From contig NC_045697.1 in NCBI RefSeq assembly GCF_009834535.1, positions 33,234,001-33,298,000 of the forward strand: a stretch of DNA of 64,000 nucleotides, read 5' to 3'. Made by a program: the position numbers and the translations under genes. This document shows positions 57,300 through 64,000 of this stretch, in pieces; the first letter of the stretch is position 1; each line of letters begins with the position of its first letter. The DNA comes from Camelus ferus. Lineage: Eukaryota. The notes beneath the pieces are model-generated. The model worked only from the letters and a program-made list of their open reading frames with translations. It was not told the DNA's origin and did not search any database.

Positions 57300-59234
57300 T
57301 TATTTTTATTTATGTATTTTTGCACATATCTTATAAATATTGTTTATTTTTAAGAATGACAGCAGCAGACAGGACCACAAGCACACAACTGCTAGGCGCC
57401 TGAATGCCTAATTGTGACTTCACTCAGACATGGTACTGCCCCAGTTCTGGAACACACTGTCCTTAACCTTGAGTGTTCAACTTCACCCGTCAGCATCCCC
57501 TGCTCTGAGTTTCATCTTGACATCAGTGGATTCCTTATGTTGACTACTAAGCTTTAATTCTTGCAGGAGAATTATAATGCTTTTCCCCGTTTTTTCCTTA
57601 CTTGATTTCCCCCAGAATTTAGGTTTTTTTAAAATATATAAACCCCAACAAATGCCTGGAAAAAACTTCCTACATGGAAATACTAACTAAATGATCACAC
57701 TTGGGATTCCCCCGTCTAGTTAATTAACATATCCATCTCCTCATATTTATATATTTATTTTGTTTGTTTTTGGCAAGAACATTTAAGTTCTACTTGCTTA
57801 GTGAGTTTCAGTTATACAGTAGTGCTGCCAGCTACAGTCACTATGCTTGACATTAGATCCTCAGACTTCATTCTTCTTGTAGCTGAGAGTTTAGACCCTT
57901 TCACCAATCTCTCCCTGATTTTCCCACCCTCCAGCTGCTGGCAACCATTTAGCTACTCTCTGTTTATGTGAGCTTCACTTTTTTTTTCTTCCATATGTAA
58001 ATGATACAATGCAGTATTTGTCTTTCTCTGTCCGGTTTAGTCACTTAACATAATGCCCTCAAGGTCCATCCATGTTGTCAAAAATTGCCAGGATTTTGCT
58101 CTTTCTCATGTGATATATATATCACACCATTTTTCCATACCTTGGCTATTGTAAATAATGGTGCAATAAACATATGAGTGCAGATATCTCTTGGAGATCT
58201 TCTTTTCATTACAGAAGTGGATTATTGAATAATATGGTAGTTTTTAATTTTTTTTTAATTTTTCATTTTTTGAGAAACTTCCATACTGTTCTTGGTAGTG
58301 ATTATACCAATTTACATGCCCACTAACAGTGCACAAAGGTCTCCTTTTCTCTACATCATTGACAACATTTATCTCTAATCTTTTAAAAATTATTTTATTG
58401 AAGTACAGTTGATGTACAATATTATATAAGTTTCAGTTGTACAACATAGTTAGTCACCGTTTCATAGTTATTACAAAATGTTGTCTATAGTCCCTGTGAT
58501 GTGTTGTACAATATATTCTTATAGCTTATGTATTTTACACATAGTAGTTGGTTTTTCTTAATCCTGTACCCCTATATTGTCCCCCTACTTTCCCTCTCCC
58601 CATTGGTAATCACTAATTTGTTCTCTATATCTGTGAGTTTGCTTCTTTTTTGTTATATTCTCTAATTTGTTTTATTTTTTTGGATTTCACATATAAGTGG
58701 ATAAGTGATATCAAACAGTATATCTCATCCTTCTGATGATGGCTGTTCCAGCAGGTGGGAGGTGCTATCTCATTGTGGTTTCCATTTCCATTTCCTTGAT
58801 GATTATTGATGCTGAATACATTTTCATGTACCTGTTGGCCATTTGTATGTTTTCTCTGAAGAAATGTCTATTTAGTTTTTCTTCCTTTTTGAAATTGGAT
58901 GGTGGCATTTGGTTTAGTTTTGTTTTGTTTTTTTACTTTTGCATTATGCCAGTTCTTTATATATGTTGGATATTAACCCTTTATCAGATATATAATTTGC
59001 AAATATTTTCCCTCATTCTGTAGTTTGCTTTTTCATTTTGTTGATAGCTTCTTTTGCTGTGCTGAAGTTTTCAGTTTGATATAGTCAGTCCTACTTATTT
59101 ATTTTTGCTTTTGGTGTCAAATTTTTAAAAATCATCACCAAGACCAATGTCAGAGAGTTTATCCACTATGTTTCCATCTATGAGTTTCATGGTTTTAGGT
59201 GTTACACTCAAGTCTTCAATCCATTTTGAGTTGA
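57300..59234 (-). mobile_element. Composite L1MA-like insertion with about 380 bp non-L1 polyadenylated 3' extension, bounded by a 13-bp TSD; a second L1 3' end nested at about 58385-58722
   Basis: agctaccagcttt at 57287-57299 and 59235-59247; L1 homology about 57704-59234; minus-strand AATAAA at 57343-57348 and A-tail at 57300-57321. Confidence 0.85.
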
Positions 59235-60235
59235 AGCTACCAGCTTTCTACATGTGTCCATAATCCCAAAGTACGGTCAGAACAAAGAGGGGAGGATTAG
59301 TCCAATCCATCACCACCACTGGAAAAAAAGTCCCTTCATACATTTCACCAAAAATATATGACTGTCTAGAACCCCCTAAATAACAAACATTTGTATGTCT
59401 AGAAAAAGTATCTATGTATATATGTTTACTTTTGATGTTTTGAGGTAAAATAATTCACTTTGCAAAACAGACAAACTTTAACATAGTACCTGTTAACACT
59501 AATAGTTACAACATAAAATCTACAACATTGCAAACTTTGATGATTTGAGGTCCTATATCATTTACTTTTATGTTTTGGCTGGTAATAAAACACCAAAGTT
59601 AACCATATAAGAACCAAATGTTATGTGATATTCTGCTAATCTTCAAATGTAGTGCCAGACAAAATTTTGACTCTCTGCACTTGATTCCGCATCGAGGTGA
59701 TGTGTCTCACTGTGTCTCTCCAATATACGGGAGCATTTACTAAGACAAGCTGCACAGAAATCTTACCTTTACCGCCAACCAATAATGTTTTGGGTACACA
59801 CTCTTACTACAAATATGTCTCTGTCATATTTTCAAGTTTCTGTACACTACAATTAACCTCTTGAAAGAGGATGATTAATATTTCAGGTCACAATGTAACA
59901 TAATGCAAGGGGGAGGGTTATGTTGAAAAGTGGAATTTTCCTGTCATTGCAGAATTGTGACTAAGGCCTGAGGTTGAGGGGGAAAAAACAGCACTTAAGT
60001 TTTCACATTCTAATTAGAAAGAACTTTAAAGACCTGTAGACTTTGCTATCAACCACTTCCCTAAAGTTGGGGGTCATCACCCCTCTTCCACTTTACATCT
60101 TCAACCATCCAAGTTAATATACAAAAGAACTGTGAGGTCAGAGAAGTGGCTCTGGTGGAAGAAAAACAGACTTTTTTAATGATGAAACCGGCATATCTTC
60201 TCCCAATGTAAAGAGCTCCTAATAAATTGGATAAT

Positions 60236-60492
60236 TATGGGAAAGTAAATTGGTGCAGCCACTATGGAAAATAATATAGAGATTCCTTTAAAAACTAAAA
60301 ATAGAACTATCATATGATCCAACAATCCCACTCTTCGGTATATATGTGGAAAAAAGTGAAAACCTTAGTTTGAAAAGATACACACACCTCAGTGTTCATA
60401 GCAGCACTATTTACAATAGCCAAGACATGGAAAGGATACAAGTGCCCATAAATAGAAAATTGGTTTAAGAAGATGTGAGATACACACACACA

Positions 60493-60532
<40 letters not shown>

Positions 60533-60974
60533 ATGGAATAGTACTTAGCCATAAAAAGAATGAAATAATGCCATTTGCATCAACATAGATGAACTTGAAA
60601 AATTTTATACTTAGTGAAGTCAGACAGAGAAAGGCAAATACCATATGATGTCACTTATATGTGGAATTTAAGAAATAATGCAAATATACAAAATAAAAAC
60701 AGGCTCACAGACATAGAAAACAAACTTTTGGTTACCAGGGGGAAGCAGGGGGATGGAAGGATAAATTAGGAGTATGGGATTAACAGATACAGACTACTAT
60801 ACATAAAATTGATAAACAACAAGTATTACGATATAGCACAGAGAACTATATTCAATATACTTTAATAACCTATAATGGAAAATAATCTGAAGACAAAATA
60901 ACTGAATCGCTATGCTGTATACTTGAAACAAACACAATATTGTAAATCAACTATACTTCAGTAAAAAAAAAAAA
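60236..60974 (+). mobile_element. L1 3' end (ORF2 C-terminus plus 3'UTR) with internal (CA)n and TSD
   Basis: ggtgcagccactatggaaaa...gcagcactatttacaatagccaagacatgg...A-tail; aataaattggataa (60221-60234) vs aagaaattggctaa (60973-60986). Confidence 0.92.
60482..60530. repeat. (CA)n microsatellite, about 24 units with one interruption
   Basis: Direct read. Confidence 0.97.
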
Positions 60975-61855
60975 GAAATTGGCTAACATTGCTTATGAGC
61001 ATCTGAAAAAAAGGAAAACCTTTAGTTTTTGTGTGTTTCTCCAGGCAGAAAACCTCCACACCTGTCACCCTTCCCCTTGAGGTATCAGAGAAAGGGAAGA
61101 CACTGGAGAGAGATGACACTGATGGAGGACAACCAGGCAAGAAAGGGACAGGGCATCTCCTCTAATTCTCACTCCCTGACCATAAGGAAGGTGGATGAAA
61201 AATAATTTCTACAAAAAAGTGTCTAACAGATCACTATAGGGACAGGAGAAGTGGAAGACTGATTATTACAATTCCTATGCTTAATCAAGAATTTATCTAT
61301 GTTGTATCTAGTCCACCAATTTTGAACCGAACAGACCAATTTCCCTCTTCCACTGATCTCATTTTAAAGAAAAATAAAGACCAGTTCCATAGAATTCAAG
61401 AACATTAAGATTCTAGTTTTCTTTAGATTCATTTATACATCCCTACTATGTGTAAGGATTGTCTGTACTGTATTTGTGTACCTAGTATGAACAAAAAAAA
61501 CCTTACTCAGTGCCAATAGAAGGTTTCCATTTATAACACTGACCATGACCACAATCTGTAGGAAGCAGTTATCTATAAAACTGTACAGACATATGGAAGT
61601 CAAGAAGGTGCCTTAATCTTTGAAAATGGCTCTCAACAATATCATTATTTTTACTTGAACAATTGTTTGTCACACTGTGATAGAATGTTTTGAAAATGAT
61701 ATAAAATATAAAAGGTTAATCTGAACACTCAGGTTAGAATGGCACACCACAGATAAAAGCAGATTAAGATCCTTACATCTCCATGTATGGGGGTAGACTA
61801 AACAGGCAGGAGACAGACACATAATCTATAACACTAAAAATACTTGTTTATTCTA

Positions 61856-62107
<252 letters not shown>

Positions 62108-63074
62108 TCAATGCTCACAACCAACAAAAATAGCTTTATTGCTTAATTTCTTCCTAGGTTCTCACAATCCTAAATGTTAAATGCCTAGAAGGATTATGAC
62201 ATTCTTATTTGGAAACTACACCTGACCAGAGCATTTTGTTTTGCACACACTGCTCAGAAGAAATAGTTCCTCTGAAGCTATCTTAAGTGAGCTGGATTAC
62301 AATAAATTGACCACCAGTACATAATATAAAGTATGATTAGTATGATTACTGTTTGATACAGTCCTAAATTTGACTTTTAAAACAAATATTTCAGATGGTA
62401 TTTCATAATGGTAGGGATTTAGTTTGTAGATTGTAAATAAGTGTATCTTCTCAATAAAGCCCAAAACATTATTAATTATCATAAATAAACATAATTCACA
62501 TTAAATATAAAAAGCTTTATCATTCAGTGACATGAAAATAAAAGCAAGTAGCATTCAATAATCACAAGGATTATTTCCATACAAGCTTGCCTTTAAATGT
62601 AATCAAGAAAGCTCGAAATTCTGAGATTAAACTGAATTAGATTAGAAAGTTATGTAATTTATAAACTGTAACACAATTAACTGGATTGCTCTATTAACCA
62701 GGTGATTTAGATCTTTGATTTTCAATAAGCCAAATGACAATAGGAGAAAAGTTCAAAGAAAAGAAAAATTTAAATACAGCCCTTTCCATACTCTTACAAG
62801 GGAAAAAATACAGCATTAATTTCTATCATCATGAACTAACTGAATGCTTCAATGACTAAGTGTCAAATGTATAATTCTACACAAACAACATCATGAACTA
62901 TTTTTAATATTATGCTGTACATGAATTTGCAACCATGAAAGAGAACATAAACTAAACCTGGGACATCGTATCCACTAAAGCAAAAATAAAAAGTAAAAGA
63001 ATTTTGAAATAACAGAGTAGACTTGTTTGAAATAACAGAGTCACAGAGCTTACTCTTCAAAGGACTTGAAATAT

Positions 63075-63240
63075 AATAATCTGTGTCACAAACCTATGAG
63101 ATAGGCTCTCTGTCATCATCCCCATATCTGTGTGCACTGATGTAGGGAAAGGTGAGAAAATGTGCTTCGTGACCCACACTCTACAGACTAGATAGAGCCA
63201 GGTTTTAGGACCCAAGCAACCTGACTCCAGAGTCCTCAGG
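63075..63240 (-). mobile_element. MIR SINE
   Basis: aacctatgagatagg...catcatccccat...gagccaggttttaggacccaagcaacctgactccagag. Confidence 0.7.
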
Positions 63241-64000
63241 ATAAACAAAACATTATATCTCAGTCCAGAATAAATGTGAAACGAAAGTGTTTTCTTATTA
63301 ACTACATATTTCTATTCACCACAATACTCTGTGTCAAAAGCATAGTTACAGTGTCCTAAATAAATATACTCACTTAACTTTGTTATTTTATACACTATTT
63401 TATTCCAAAGTTGGTATTCATGAAATTTTGTTATAAAACTTATTTGAAACTCATTTATAAAGTTAGTTCTCAGCTGCCACCTGCCCTCGAACACCTGCAC
63501 CAGGTCTGCTTGATGGCTGTACAACTGGTCCCATCACATAGGTCCCTGTGCTCAGAAAAACCCCGTGCCTGGTCTACTGATCTGTTTTTACTTTCTCAAA
63601 ATTATTAATTGTGTTTGAATAAAGGATACTGTATCTTCATCTTGGGCTGGACCTCACAAATTATGTAGCTGGTCCTGGATTGGAATTACCTGTGTTTTTC
63701 TCTCGCACCAAATTAATCATGCTACCACATTAATTCAGTAAACACCTGAATAAAACTTAGTCATCATAGATATGGATTTAAAATTTTCCAGAGAAGAGAA
63801 ATTAAAATGGTAAAGTAGTCTTCACCCAAAAGGAGGCAAATGAAATTATTCTCCTTAGTCTGGAGTTATAACAGAGAAGAGAGATGATGAAAACACGTGA
63901 ATATATTCCTGGTAAGGATCTGAAGACTATCCTCTTACACACCAAATGGCAAGCAAAGAGCAATAGGGAATATCATCATTACCTAGTGGCTGCAGGGACG

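Overview
AT-rich mammalian genomic DNA from the interior of GABRA2 (GABA-A receptor alpha-2 subunit), encoded on the minus strand. Six canonical coding exons of 68, 221, 83, 144, 153 and 203 nt (conventionally exons 4-9) have GT-AG boundaries. They splice into one open frame from [12 protein letters not shown] to [13 protein letters not shown], covering most of the extracellular domain, the Cys-loop, TM1-TM3 and the start of the TM3-TM4 loop. The first exons and the terminal exon lie outside the window. The introns hold L1, L2, MIR, MaLR/ERVL LTR and DNA-transposon relics, named by eye with approximate boundaries. The young L1 3' ends resemble camelid types, so species assignment is an inference. 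Main observations: (1) an in-frame, stop-free 180-nt phase-0 cassette exon (4922-5101) that would add 60 aa to the TM3-TM4 loop, with a partial copy 1.3 kb away; (2) two TSD-bounded L1 insertions, and possibly a third, carrying extra polyadenylated non-L1 DNA (3' transductions) in sense with the gene; (3) a candidate 61-nt poison exon, a CpG/GC-box-rich intronic patch and a CTCF-like site. I see no wholly new gene system.
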